DNA of 64,000 nucleotides from an uncultured Flavobacteriales bacterium (GCA_943789355.1 CALSTU010000003.1:165985-229984); one strand, 5' to 3'; counted from the first letter of the stretch, positions 39,746-49,247 are shown. Notes: generated from the letters alone by a model not told the origin. Translations and numbers: made by a program.

Positions 39746-41803
39746 TCACCTGATTAGAGAAAGAGCGCCTTTAAACTCAGCATGATTTAGTTTTAAGACA
39801 TAAAAGTAAGTCCCTTGCGCGACATTTTTATCTAAATATTTACCATTCCATGGTTCAGCACCCGGATAAACGGTGTAGTATACTTCATCACCCCACTTGT
39901 TGTAAATTTTAAGTGTTCCAGATTCACATCTTCTCAATCCATTGATAGATAAAAGATCGTTAACGAAATCTTCATTAGGAGTGAAGACATTCGGGAATTT
40001 AATTCTACTGTAGGCATCCGTGGATGTTAAGTTTATGATGTCAGTAACAGTATCTGCACAATGTTCATTGGATGCTATGAGTCGAACATTGTAAATTTCT
40101 CCCAGATTTGGTAGCGAAAGATCACGATTATAATCTTGTTTTACCCCGCCAAAATCCCAAATAAAATCGGTAGAGTTGGTGCTTTCATTGTTTAAAATGA
40201 GCTTGCTTGAGCAGGTGTCTAATTCAGTGGTAAATGCGGCAGTTATATCTTTGCTTCTTTGCCCTACTGTAATTGCTCCATCATACTTACAGTTGGTTGC
40301 ATCTGTAATGGTGTATGGGTATGTTCCAGCTCTAAGAAAGGAAACGCTTGAGTCCGTTTTCCCTAACGTGCTCCAGAAATAGTTATAGGGTTTAGTTCCT
40401 CCTGTACCATCAACGAGAACAGATCCGATTCTATTTTCACAACTGTCTGGAATTGTTGTTTCGGTTTCAACTAAAAGTTTTGTGGGTACCAATACGCTAT
40501 CTTCTCCAGCGTATTTACATCCAAACCCATCCGTTAAACTCAGCTTAAAATTGTAGGTGCCAGGTATGTTGGATTTAAACGGCATCTTTTTTTCTGAGTG
40601 GATGATACTGTCCGGATTTTCAATTGATGTCCATTCATAGGAAATTATTTCAGGCCTATAAATCAGATTTGATGGGCTTATATTTTCTTTGAATTGTATC
40701 CACCAATCAAAGATATATCCGTTTCCACCTTTAGAAAGGTCGTCTACTTTTAGAGTCCATTCTCCATTCAGAGGACTTCCTTTTAAATTATTAAAGCTGT
40801 TAAAGTATGCTGAGTATACGTTGATATTATTGGTAGGGTCTGAGGGGTTGATAGTTTTTTCGAGTTTATTATCTTTCAACAATGCATGCCATGTAGAATC
40901 AGGTGAAACATCGGGAGACCAGCAGTAGAGCATGCCTGTACCTGGTGGATTATTTGCCGGTTGACAGTTAGAAAGGTCATCCTGGGTTATGTTTGGTTCC
41001 CCCAGTTTATAGATTACACCGATACCGTTACTTGCTATATTAGTCGTTGTATCGGGAAGTAGATTGACTGTACTTCCATTTGGGCTTACTAATTCAATAG
41101 TTAACTGTCCTGCAACTTGGTGCTCCATATTAATGCAGACTTTATCAAAATTGTTTTCACTGAGGAGTATTTGGTTTGGTAAAAAGTTATTGACTTCAAT
41201 CTTTTTTTCATAATAATCTGAAGTGCATTCTTCAATTTTATCCGGTATTATGATCGTTCTAGAAAATTGATATTTACTTTTCATGGGTACAATAAGCCCC
41301 GGTTCTCTATTGGTATTTACTTCAAGCTCACTGTCAGTATCTATACAAACTACATCAGGGCTAATAAAAATGTTTTCCGGTTCTGTATGAGAGACCCTAA
41401 CGTATACTTTTTCAAAACTTTTGTTGCTACAATTATTACTATCAGTGATGCTTAAGTTTATCTGATGAATCCCTTTTTCAGTAAAAGTATGCGAGTAATT
41501 ACGCCCTTCTTCTTTTATGTCTTCAGAACTTGTGGAGTGATTCCATGAAAATATTGAATTTGCTGGTGACTCTTGATTTTCTTTACCTTTATAATTCCAA
41601 TTTCCAGTAAATTCTAGTGATGCTCCCAAACAGATGTCATAGTAATTAATATCAATGATTGAAACCGTATCTATTGTCGGTGTTATGTCAGAAGTAACCT
41701 CTATGGTGGGAAATATATAGACACTGTCACAATTTTGAGCGCTCATCTTATTTGCGAAGAATACTGTGATTAGTATGAATATGATTGTCGTATTTTTTTT
41801 CAT
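39746..41803 (-). CDS. secreted surface protein, paralog D: Ig/PKD-like + P-domain-like + 1 SprB-type repeat + PKD-like + T9SS type-B C-terminal domain
   Basis: Signal MKKNTTIIFILITVFFANKMSAQ. P-domain blocks MEHQVAGQLTIELVSPNGS and GSPLNGEWTLKVDDLSKGGNGYIFDWWIQF. SprB-type CENRIGSVLVDGTGGTKPYNYFW...TITDATNC. C-terminus FPNVFTPNEDFVND...GTYFYVLKL. Confidence 0.75.
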   Translation of the reverse strand: MKKNTTIIFILITVFFANKMSAQNCDSVYIFPTIEVTSDITPTIDTVSIIDINYYDICLGASLEFTGNWNYKGKENQESPANSIFSWNHSTSSEDIKEEGRNYSHTFTEKGIHQINLSITDSNNCSNKSFEKVYVRVSHTEPENIFISPDVVCIDTDSELEVNTNREPGLIVPMKSKYQFSRTIIIPDKIEECTSDYYEKKIEVNNFLPNQILLSENNFDKVCINMEHQVAGQLTIELVSPNGSTVNLLPDTTTNIASNGIGVIYKLGEPNITQDDLSNCQPANNPPGTGMLYCWSPDVSPDSTWHALLKDNKLEKTINPSDPTNNINVYSAYFNSFNNLKGSPLNGEWTLKVDDLSKGGNGYIFDWWIQFKENISPSNLIYRPEIISYEWTSIENPDSIIHSEKKMPFKSNIPGTYNFKLSLTDGFGCKYAGEDSVLVPTKLLVETETTIPDSCENRIGSVLVDGTGGTKPYNYFWSTLGKTDSSVSFLRAGTYPYTITDATNCKYDGAITVGQRSKDITAAFTTELDTCSSKLILNNESTNSTDFIWDFGGVKQDYNRDLSLPNLGEIYNVRLIASNEHCADTVTDIINLTSTDAYSRIKFPNVFTPNEDFVNDLLSINGLRRCESGTLKIYNKWGDEVYYTVYPGAEPWNGKYLDKNVAQGTYFYVLKLNHAEFKGALSLIR

Positions 41804-41810
41804 TTACTTT

Positions 41811-44090
41811 TTATTTTAGTAAAACAAATGATCCTGTTTTTTCGTGCCAATCATTAAGTAGGGATTGGAATTGTATTTTGTAGTAATAGGTGCCTGTTTG
41901 GGAAACCTCATTACTATTCAGTCGTTTTCCATTCCATCCCTGATCAATGCGGTTTGATTGGAATAATAATTCCCCCCAAATATCGTAAATATATAGTTGA
42001 AAACTACTTTCATTGACTCTATCTACAATGGGCCTAAATGTATCGTTAATATGGTCTGCGTTTGGAGAGAAAGCGGTTGGTGGCCAAAAGAAATAGTTTT
42101 CAGTAACAACGATTTCTTTTGAGTGGCTATTGGAGCAGTCATAATCATCTGTAATTGATAGAGATACAGTGTAGATGCCCATTTCAATGAAGTTGAATTG
42201 AGTTTGGAAATCTTCAGAGAATAATCTCCCATCAACATACCATTTGGCTGAAATTATCGAAGCTTCATCGTCCACTGTTGATTGATTTAAAAAAATGACT
42301 TCACCCTTTTGGTAGGCAACTGTATCATTGTCTGGAAGGAAGTTTACTTTAGGATCTTCTGAGTCAATTACGTCTATTTCTAGATGCCCCATGCATCCCT
42401 CATCGTCGGTTATTTGAACGCTGTATAATCCTTTACTTAAATTTTTTAATTGATTCTGATTTTCATTTGAATGATTCCATTCATAAAAGTATGGCTTTGT
42501 TCCATTCGTTGGAGTTATTGATATTTCTCCGAGACCTTGTTGGCAATGGTCTTTTTTTGTTTCGGTATTAAAACGCAGCCCCATTTCATTATTCAGTACA
42601 CGAGCAGCTCCTGTTTTCGAGCAACCTAAAGCATCTGTTATTGTGTATTGGTAAATCCCTTCAGATAAATATGATAGGTTGGCACTTGTACTTCCAGACT
42701 CCCATAAGATGTTATAATCGGGTGTTCCCCCATTTATTTGTAAGTTCAATGCCCCATTGTTATCGCCACAATATTCATCGGTAGATACCGTTTGAACTTC
42801 AATACTCTTAGCTGTAATGTTTAGGTCTTCTCGATAGATACATCCAAAATTGTCGACGACCTCATAGGCGAAATTTTGAATCCCTTCTTGGGGCATCATG
42901 AACGTAGATTGATTTGGACTTTCGGTAAGATTCGAATTCGGAGTGAAGTATTCATCAACAATCAGATTTTGAAAACTCCATGATGGAGGAGCGAGTTCCT
43001 TGTTAATGTTGATGCCCCATGAAAAAATCCAGCCATTGTCTCGTTTTAGATTATCTTTAATAGAGAGGGTCCAAATTCCATTAAGTGGGGTTCCAATTAA
43101 ATCTTTGAAGTCATCTACAGGGAGATAGGTGTCAGGTTTTAAAGCTTCTGCATCACTATTCAAAAATGTCACCGTATTATTTTCGAAACCATCTGACATC
43201 AACCCGTTGTATGTTGGGTTCATTGACCAGCCATAATTATAACCAACACCGGGGTTGGTCGGCGTGTCGTCGTCATCAGTAGCTTCTCCAAGCCAGATTG
43301 AGCTGCCTGTTTTTTCAAAAAGAATGACTTGTACTCCGTTTGGCGCGGTAAGGAGTATGTCTAAATCGCCTGCATAAGAGTGCTCTATATTGAGGTCGAC
43401 ACTTAGGATGTCATCGACATTCAGGAGTAATTGCTCATCATCAAAGCATGCTATTTGAATGTTGGTACTGTATAAAACACCATTTCCATCGGGTAGGTAT
43501 AACGGTTTGGCAAATTCATCTTCGCACGGAGGGGATTCCCATGATTCTACCTCAATTTTTGTTGATAGAGAGATGTCTGATTCATCATCGTAGCCTATGG
43601 TGTAGGAAATGTCAGGACAAACAACGGCTGGAGATATGATGGGGTTTATTTTAGCGGGCATGCTAACACGAACAAATACTTCAAGGTGTGTGTCTGAAGG
43701 ACAGTCTCTAGAGTCGATGGCATAAAGGGAAATTACGTAGCCTCCCGAGTTATTGAATTCATGTGAAAAGCTTGGTGAAATACTTTTTTCAGCATCGTTG
43801 ATAGACCAGTAAAAACGTGTATTTTCTATGGTTTGGGGATAACTGGAGTTATTCTCAGGGAATTCAGCGCTTGCATTCAGCGCTAAAGTTTCTCCCTGGC
43901 AAAGGTCGTAATAAATAATTCCCTCATTTGTCTCCGGATCAACTATAACAGTTTCGTTGACTGAGCTATTTATTATAAGAGGTGTGATGCTCTGGCATAT
44001 GTTCTGCGTATACCCTTTAGTGCCAGAGAAAACTATCGAAATTAAGGTCAGGAACGTTTTTATGTTCTTTTTGTGAAGATAGGTATCCAT
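41811..44090 (-). CDS. secreted surface protein, paralog C: Ig/PKD-like + P-domain-like + 2 SprB-type repeats + PKD-like + T9SS type-B C-terminal domain
   Basis: P-domain blocks NIEHSYAGDLDILLTAPNG and GTPLNGIWTLSIKDNLKRDNGWIFSWGI (about aa 195-362). Two SprB-type repeats (YCGDNNGALNLQINGGTPDYNILW..., HCQQGLGEISITPTNGTKPYFYEW...). C-terminus PTAFSPNADHINDTF...GTYYYKI. Confidence 0.75.
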   Translation of the reverse strand: MDTYLHKKNIKTFLTLISIVFSGTKGYTQNICQSITPLIINSSVNETVIVDPETNEGIIYYDLCQGETLALNASAEFPENNSSYPQTIENTRFYWSINDAEKSISPSFSHEFNNSGGYVISLYAIDSRDCPSDTHLEVFVRVSMPAKINPIISPAVVCPDISYTIGYDDESDISLSTKIEVESWESPPCEDEFAKPLYLPDGNGVLYSTNIQIACFDDEQLLLNVDDILSVDLNIEHSYAGDLDILLTAPNGVQVILFEKTGSSIWLGEATDDDDTPTNPGVGYNYGWSMNPTYNGLMSDGFENNTVTFLNSDAEALKPDTYLPVDDFKDLIGTPLNGIWTLSIKDNLKRDNGWIFSWGININKELAPPSWSFQNLIVDEYFTPNSNLTESPNQSTFMMPQEGIQNFAYEVVDNFGCIYREDLNITAKSIEVQTVSTDEYCGDNNGALNLQINGGTPDYNILWESGSTSANLSYLSEGIYQYTITDALGCSKTGAARVLNNEMGLRFNTETKKDHCQQGLGEISITPTNGTKPYFYEWNHSNENQNQLKNLSKGLYSVQITDDEGCMGHLEIDVIDSEDPKVNFLPDNDTVAYQKGEVIFLNQSTVDDEASIISAKWYVDGRLFSEDFQTQFNFIEMGIYTVSLSITDDYDCSNSHSKEIVVTENYFFWPPTAFSPNADHINDTFRPIVDRVNESSFQLYIYDIWGELLFQSNRIDQGWNGKRLNSNEVSQTGTYYYKIQFQSLLNDWHEKTGSFVLLK

Positions 44091-44157
44091 ACCAAACGCA
44101 CATTTTTAGTGTCTAAAAAGTTTAGAATTTATCCCCCCCAAATTACTTGAAAATAAT

Positions 44158-45924
44158 TTATTCCAGCAGGAAAAACGTTCCAACCTTTTCTTCAGGGCTG
44201 TTTTGCCCAATAGTAAATTGGCTGAGATAACTGTAGCTTCCACTTGCAGCTCTAATTCCATTGTCTTTTCGTCTACCATCCCAACCTAAATTGATGTCAT
44301 TTGTTTCAAAGACAAGTTTGCCCCAGTAGTCATAAATAAAGAGTCTGTAATCGTTATCCATAACATTTTCCAGAATGAGTTTGAATTGGTCATTAACACC
44401 ATCTCCATTGGGTGAGAAAGCGCTAGGAACCCAGACCATATAATCTTCTTCAGTGGTAATTTTTTTAGAATAGGTATTTACGCAACCCGCCTTGTTGGTA
44501 ACGGTAAGTTTTACTGTACGTGAACCAATGTTGTGGAAATTGTATTGAGGGTTTTGTTGGTGTGAATAGTCTCCATTTCCAAAGTCCCAGTAATAGTCGA
44601 TTTCATCTGCGTTTGGTATCGATAGATTTTTGAAATCTATGAGGGCGTTAAGGTGTTTTACTTGATCACTTGTTACCTCAAAATCAGCTTTAATTTCAGG
44701 AGCTAAAACAGTTAAGTCATGGGTGTGAATGCACCCGAAGTTATCTGTCACTTCGTAGGTGTATATATTAGCTCCAGCTTTAGGTTTAATTTTTATCGAA
44801 CCAGTATTGTTTGTAATTATAGAAGGGTTGTCTTTATAACCTTCACTGACCACAAAGTTTTCGAACGACCATTGTGGTGGCATAAGTTCGTCTTTCATTT
44901 TAATTCCCCAAGAAAACACCCAACCATTATCTAGTTCTCGAGTATCAATTATAGTAAGTTTCCAAGTTCCGTTAATTGGAGAGCCAATAAGCTTGTCAAA
45001 ACTTTCAATAGGGAGGTAAGTATCAGGTTTTAACACGCTATTGATCCCATTTCTTGAGATCATCGTATTGCGATTGTAATAAATACCATGGTACATGGTT
45101 CCATTGTATGAAGGGTTCATAGACCATCCATAATCGAATCCCTCTCCCTTATTTCCCATCGTTGCGTCATCATCTGTAGCTTCACCGAACCAACATTGAT
45201 TCCAATCAGTTCCATTTTCAAATAGAATAACAGTTGATCCATCAGGAGCTGTGAGTAAAATGTCTAAATCTCCCGTGTAAGAATGTTCTATGTTTATTTG
45301 CACTTCAATAATATCATAAATGCTATTGATTTTTTCATTTTCACCGTAGCAATCAATTTGAATGGATGTTTCATAGGATGCAGTGTCACCACGATCAGGA
45401 ACATCAGGAAGGTATTTGGGTTCTGAGAATTCATCCTCACAGACTGGACTTTCCCATTTCATATTCAATTCTGTATTTTGTTCAATTAAAATATCGTTGG
45501 AGTTGTCGGATCCAATACTTATTTCAACATCTGGACATGCAGCTGCTGTTTCAGGCATGATTTGAATGGTTGGTTCAAACCCTACAGCAACATAGGCATC
45601 AATTGCTTTACACTGCGTGTTGGATTCAATCAAAGAAATCGTATAACCTCCAGACTTGTCAAATGTCTTGGTAATTTTTCTCGAATTGGAATCAATTTGA
45701 ATATCGTCTATCAACCAGCTGTATGAGGCATTGTTGTCGTTTGATTGGGCTTGAAGAACAAGTGTGTCTCCAAAACAAATGTTGTAGAAGATCGTTTCTG
45801 TTTCAGAATCTATTTTTGTAATGTGAGATACGGCTTCGATTCTTAGATTTAGATTTTCACATTCCTGGGCGAATGTGTGGGTGAGAACTAGTAGTGATGA
45901 AAATGTAAATAAGATTTTCTTCAT
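44158..45924 (-). CDS. secreted surface protein, paralog B: Ig/PKD-like + P-domain-like + PKD + T9SS type-B C-terminal domain
   Basis: Signal MKKILFTFSSLLVLTHTFAQ. NIEHSYTGDLDILLTAPDG, GSPINGTWKLTIIDTRELDNGWVFSWGI, PKD YYWDFGNGDYS, and C-terminus PSAFSPNGDGVNDQF. Confidence 0.75.
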   Translation of the reverse strand: MKKILFTFSSLLVLTHTFAQECENLNLRIEAVSHITKIDSETETIFYNICFGDTLVLQAQSNDNNASYSWLIDDIQIDSNSRKITKTFDKSGGYTISLIESNTQCKAIDAYVAVGFEPTIQIMPETAAACPDVEISIGSDNSNDILIEQNTELNMKWESPVCEDEFSEPKYLPDVPDRGDTASYETSIQIDCYGENEKINSIYDIIEVQINIEHSYTGDLDILLTAPDGSTVILFENGTDWNQCWFGEATDDDATMGNKGEGFDYGWSMNPSYNGTMYHGIYYNRNTMISRNGINSVLKPDTYLPIESFDKLIGSPINGTWKLTIIDTRELDNGWVFSWGIKMKDELMPPQWSFENFVVSEGYKDNPSIITNNTGSIKIKPKAGANIYTYEVTDNFGCIHTHDLTVLAPEIKADFEVTSDQVKHLNALIDFKNLSIPNADEIDYYWDFGNGDYSHQQNPQYNFHNIGSRTVKLTVTNKAGCVNTYSKKITTEEDYMVWVPSAFSPNGDGVNDQFKLILENVMDNDYRLFIYDYWGKLVFETNDINLGWDGRRKDNGIRAASGSYSYLSQFTIGQNSPEEKVGTFFLLE

Positions 45925-46364
45925 TTTGGTTAAGCTTGATTATATACTAAATACAATCAATTATGATACCAGTATGTAATGATTGAAAAAAATCCACAAA
46001 CACTTGAGCATCATTTTCAGATTCACAATTCTGTTGAAAATTTTGGTGCAATGCTTTTATGTCATTGTCGATGGGCAATTAAAAATCGGAGAATTCTATG
46101 AATTGAGAATCGCTAACACCAATAAAAAAGAATTTAGTAACAGCAAATCATGATAAATTTGCTGCTTTGCATAGGGTGGTAAATGATTTAATCATTTGTT
46201 TCCAGACTCAAAACGAGCCATTGTCTTGATTGATTTTCTGTTATTGAGTGTGTTGTGAATTGGTAAGTGTTTATGAAATATACTTGAGTGATAAGGGAAC
46301 TGTTACCTACGTTTCTGATGCCTTGATGGATGGAGCTCAGCCTACAATTCACTTTTTAAATAAT

Positions 46365-48113
46365 TTATTCCAGTAAGAAAAACGATCCAACTTTTTCTTC
46401 AGTTTGATTTTGGCCGGTAGTAAATCGGCTGATGAAGGTGTAGCTTCCGCCAGCAGCCTTAATTCCATTGTCTTTGTGTGTGCCATCCCATGCTTCATTG
46501 ATGTCGTGCGTATCAAATACAAGTTTGCCCCAGGAGTCATAAATGAAAAGGCTGTAATTGTTCTCGATAATATTTTCTAGAATGAGTTTGAAGTAATCAT
46601 TAATGCCATCGCCATTGGGTGAGAAGGCGGTAGGAACCCAGATCTTATAATCTTCTTCTGTGGTGATTTTCCGGCTGTAGGTGTCTTTACAACCGGCACC
46701 GTCGGTAATGGTAAGTTTTACTTCGCGTGAACCAACGGTATAGAAGTTGTATTGAGGGTTTTTTTGGAATGAATAGTCTCCGTTTCCAAAATCCCAATAA
46801 TAATCGATTTCACTTGTGTTGGGTGTTGATAGGTTGTTGAAGTCTACATCGGCATTGAGGCTTTTCACTTGGTCATTTGTAGCTTCAAAATTTGCTTTAA
46901 TTTCAGCAGCTAAAACGTTTAAGTCTTTTGTGTGTGTACAGCCGAAGTTATCCGTCACTTGGTAGGTGTATTTATTGTTTCCTGTTTCGGGTTGAATTTT
47001 TATAGACTCATTTGTATTCGTTATGATTGTTGGATTATTTTTGAAGCTACTACTAACTATTGAGTTTTCAACAGACCATGTATCAGGTAAAAGTTCTTCT
47101 TTCATTTTGATTCCCCAAGAGAAAACCCAACCGTTGTCTTCTTCTCGTGTATCAGTTATAATCATAGTCCAGGTTCCATTTAGTGGGGAACCTTTTAAGT
47201 TTTCAAAATTCTGAATTGGAAGGTAGGTGTCAGAGATCAGTATATTTGCAGATAAATCTTCTGATAGTTGTAAATTATTCAACAAGCCCTGAGTCATAGT
47301 TCCATTGTAAGATGGATTCATAGACCATCCATAATCGAATCCTCGCCCTTGATTTAATTGAGTGGCATCATTATCCGTTGCCTCACCGAACCACACATTA
47401 TCACCTGCAGCTTCAAATAGTACGATTACCGCACCGTTAGGAGCCATTAGCAAGATGTCTAAATCTCCCGTGAAGGAGTGCTCTATATTCAGTTTTATTT
47501 CATTAATGTCATAGATACTATTGATTTTTTGCCCCTCCTCAAAGCAGCTTATTTCAATACTCGTTTCGTACGATACATCGAAGCCTCCTTCAATATCTTT
47601 GAGGTATGTGGGGTCTGAAAAATCATCCTCACATTCAGGGGATGTCCACTTGGTATCAAATACAGTGCTTTGTGCAATTAAAATATCGTTTGAGTTGTCA
47701 AACCCAATACTAACATCGACACCTGGACAAGCACTAACGGTTTCTGGTGTGATTTGAATCGTTGGTTCAAAACCTACTCTGATGTAAATATTTTCTGTTT
47801 TACATTGAGTGTTGGATTCAACTAATGAAATGGTGTATCCTCCAGACTTTTCAAATGTATGGGTGAAGCTCTGTGTGTTGTATTTTTCTTGGTCGTCTAT
47901 CAGCCAGGTGTAATTTGCATTGTTGTTTCTTGATTTGGCTTCAAGGATTAGTGTTTTTCCTAAACAGATATTATAGAAGGTCATGTCCGTCTCAGAGTCT
48001 GTTTCAGATGTGTGAGATTGTGCATCAATTCGTAAATTAAGATTGTTGCAGTTCTGAGCATATGACACGGAGGTAGTTAGCAGAACTAGGAATGTAAATA
48101 AAGTATTTTTCAT
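46365..48113 (-). CDS. secreted surface protein, paralog A: Ig/PKD-like + P-domain-like + PKD + T9SS type-B C-terminal domain
   Basis: ATG at 48113 gives signal MKNTLFTFLVLLTTSVSYAQ (the track's TTG at 48167 is an artefactual extension). NIEHSFTGDLDILLMAPNG, GSPLNGTWTMIITDTREEDNGWVFSWGI, YYWDFGNGDYS, PTAFSPNGDGINDYF. Confidence 0.75.
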   Translation of the reverse strand: MKNTLFTFLVLLTTSVSYAQNCNNLNLRIDAQSHTSETDSETDMTFYNICLGKTLILEAKSRNNNANYTWLIDDQEKYNTQSFTHTFEKSGGYTISLVESNTQCKTENIYIRVGFEPTIQITPETVSACPGVDVSIGFDNSNDILIAQSTVFDTKWTSPECEDDFSDPTYLKDIEGGFDVSYETSIEISCFEEGQKINSIYDINEIKLNIEHSFTGDLDILLMAPNGAVIVLFEAAGDNVWFGEATDNDATQLNQGRGFDYGWSMNPSYNGTMTQGLLNNLQLSEDLSANILISDTYLPIQNFENLKGSPLNGTWTMIITDTREEDNGWVFSWGIKMKEELLPDTWSVENSIVSSSFKNNPTIITNTNESIKIQPETGNNKYTYQVTDNFGCTHTKDLNVLAAEIKANFEATNDQVKSLNADVDFNNLSTPNTSEIDYYWDFGNGDYSFQKNPQYNFYTVGSREVKLTITDGAGCKDTYSRKITTEEDYKIWVPTAFSPNGDGINDYFKLILENIIENNYSLFIYDSWGKLVFDTHDINEAWDGTHKDNGIKAAGGSYTFISRFTTGQNQTEEKVGSFFLLE

Positions 48114-48189
48114 TCGACTTGTGCGTAGTTGTGTTGTAAATGCAATCAATAATAGCACCAGCAACAATGAATTGCCAGTTAAATTTTAT

Positions 48190-48197
48190 CAAATATA
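48190..48197 (-). promoter_or_regulatory. -7 box TATATTTG for paralog A (possibly for the whole array)
   Basis: Plus strand caaatata is TATATTTG on the minus strand, 77 nt upstream of the ATG at 48113. It is divergent from the mdh promoter. Confidence 0.4.
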
Positions 48198-48231
48198 CTT
48201 TTATATTTTTTTCCACGGGGATAATAAAACC

Positions 48232-48239
48232 TAAATTTG
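48232..48239 (+). promoter_or_regulatory. -7 box TAAATTTG upstream of mdh
   Basis: Exact TAnnTTTG, 43 nt before the ATG. Confidence 0.45.
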
Positions 48240-48281
48240 CATTCGTTTGTTTAAAACGCAATTCACATTAAAAAAAGTTAT

Positions 48282-49220
48282 ATGAAGGTTACAGTTGTTG
48301 GCGCAGGAGCAGTTGGTGCTAGTTGTGCGGAGTACATTGCAATAAAAGATTTTGCATCGGAAGTTGTATTGATTGATATCAAAGAAAATTACGCAGAAGG
48401 TAAGGCTATGGATTTGATGCAGACAGCATCATTAAATGGTTTCGACACAAAAATTGTAGGAAGTACAAACGATTACTCAAAGACTGCTGGGAGTGATGTA
48501 GCTGTTATTACAAGTGGAATACCAAGAAAGCCTGGCATGACTCGAGAGGAGCTCATCGGTATTAATGCTGGTATAGTGAAAATGGTTTCTGAAAGCCTCA
48601 TCAAGCATTCTCCTGATGTAATTTTGATCATTGTGAGTAATCCAATGGATGCCATGACTTACTTGGCTCATAAAGTTACGGGTCTTCCAAAAAATAGAAT
48701 TATCGGTATGGGTGGCGCTTTAGATAGTGCTCGTTTTAAATATCGTTTGAGCGAAGCCATGGACTGTCCCTCTTCTGATGTTGATGGTATGGTGATTGGT
48801 GGTCACAGTGATAAAGGAATGGTTCCTTTGACTCGATTGGCTACTAGAAATAGTGTTAGAACTTCTGAGTTTCTTGATAAAGACCGATTGGCTCAAGTAG
48901 CTGCTGATACTAAAGTTGGTGGTGCTACTCTAACAGGCATGCTAGGTACTTCAGCTTGGTACGCCCCGGGTGCAGCAGTCTCTGCATTGGTTCAAGCCAT
49001 TGCTTGTGATCAAAAGAAGATGTTTCCTTGTTCAGCTTTATTAGATGGTGAATACGGTTTGAGCGATTTAACCATTGGTGTACCTGTGATTTTAGGGAAA
49101 GATGGTATCGAGAAAATAGTTGAGATTGACTTAAATGAGGATGAAAAAGCTCTGTTAGCTGAGTCTGCAAAGGGAGTTAGTGCAACAAATGTTTTACTAA
49201 GCGGTCTTGATTTGTTTTAA
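48282..49220 (+). CDS. mdh: malate dehydrogenase (LDH-like family)
   Basis: MKVTVVGAGAVGAS, GIPRKPGMTREELI, GGHSD. Confidence 0.93.
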   Translation: MKVTVVGAGAVGASCAEYIAIKDFASEVVLIDIKENYAEGKAMDLMQTASLNGFDTKIVGSTNDYSKTAGSDVAVITSGIPRKPGMTREELIGINAGIVKMVSESLIKHSPDVILIIVSNPMDAMTYLAHKVTGLPKNRIIGMGGALDSARFKYRLSEAMDCPSSDVDGMVIGGHSDKGMVPLTRLATRNSVRTSEFLDKDRLAQVAADTKVGGATLTGMLGTSAWYAPGAAVSALVQAIACDQKKMFPCSALLDGEYGLSDLTIGVPVILGKDGIEKIVEIDLNEDEKALLAESAKGVSATNVLLSGLDLF

Positions 49221-49247
49221 TTTTCGAAAAGACAATCCACATCAAAC

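Larger units (their letters stand above)
44158..48113 (-). repeat. tandem gene duplication (paralogs A and B plus a shared 3' flank)
   Basis: Long identical peptide runs along the full length. Nucleotide similarity continues past both stop codons (aataatttattccag at 44153-44167 and 46355-46369). Confidence 0.8.

Noticed and set aside
45979-46101. 40-codon ORF (MIEKNPQTLEHHF...) in the 440-bp spacer.
   Set aside because: It is short, has no promoter box at a suitable distance, and has no recognisable motif. It cannot be supported from sequence alone.
46349-46540. 63-aa track ORF overlapping the 3' end of paralog A, and the 74-aa ORF at 48037-48261.
   Set aside because: They are out-of-frame overlaps with the paralog A coding or promoter region and have no supporting features.
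44158-48113. Hypervariable loop in duplicated surface proteins as the target of a diversity-generating retroelement.
   Set aside because: No reverse transcriptase gene is in the window. The 440-bp spacer shows no template-repeat-like similarity to the variable segment, and the differences include indels rather than adenine-specific substitutions.
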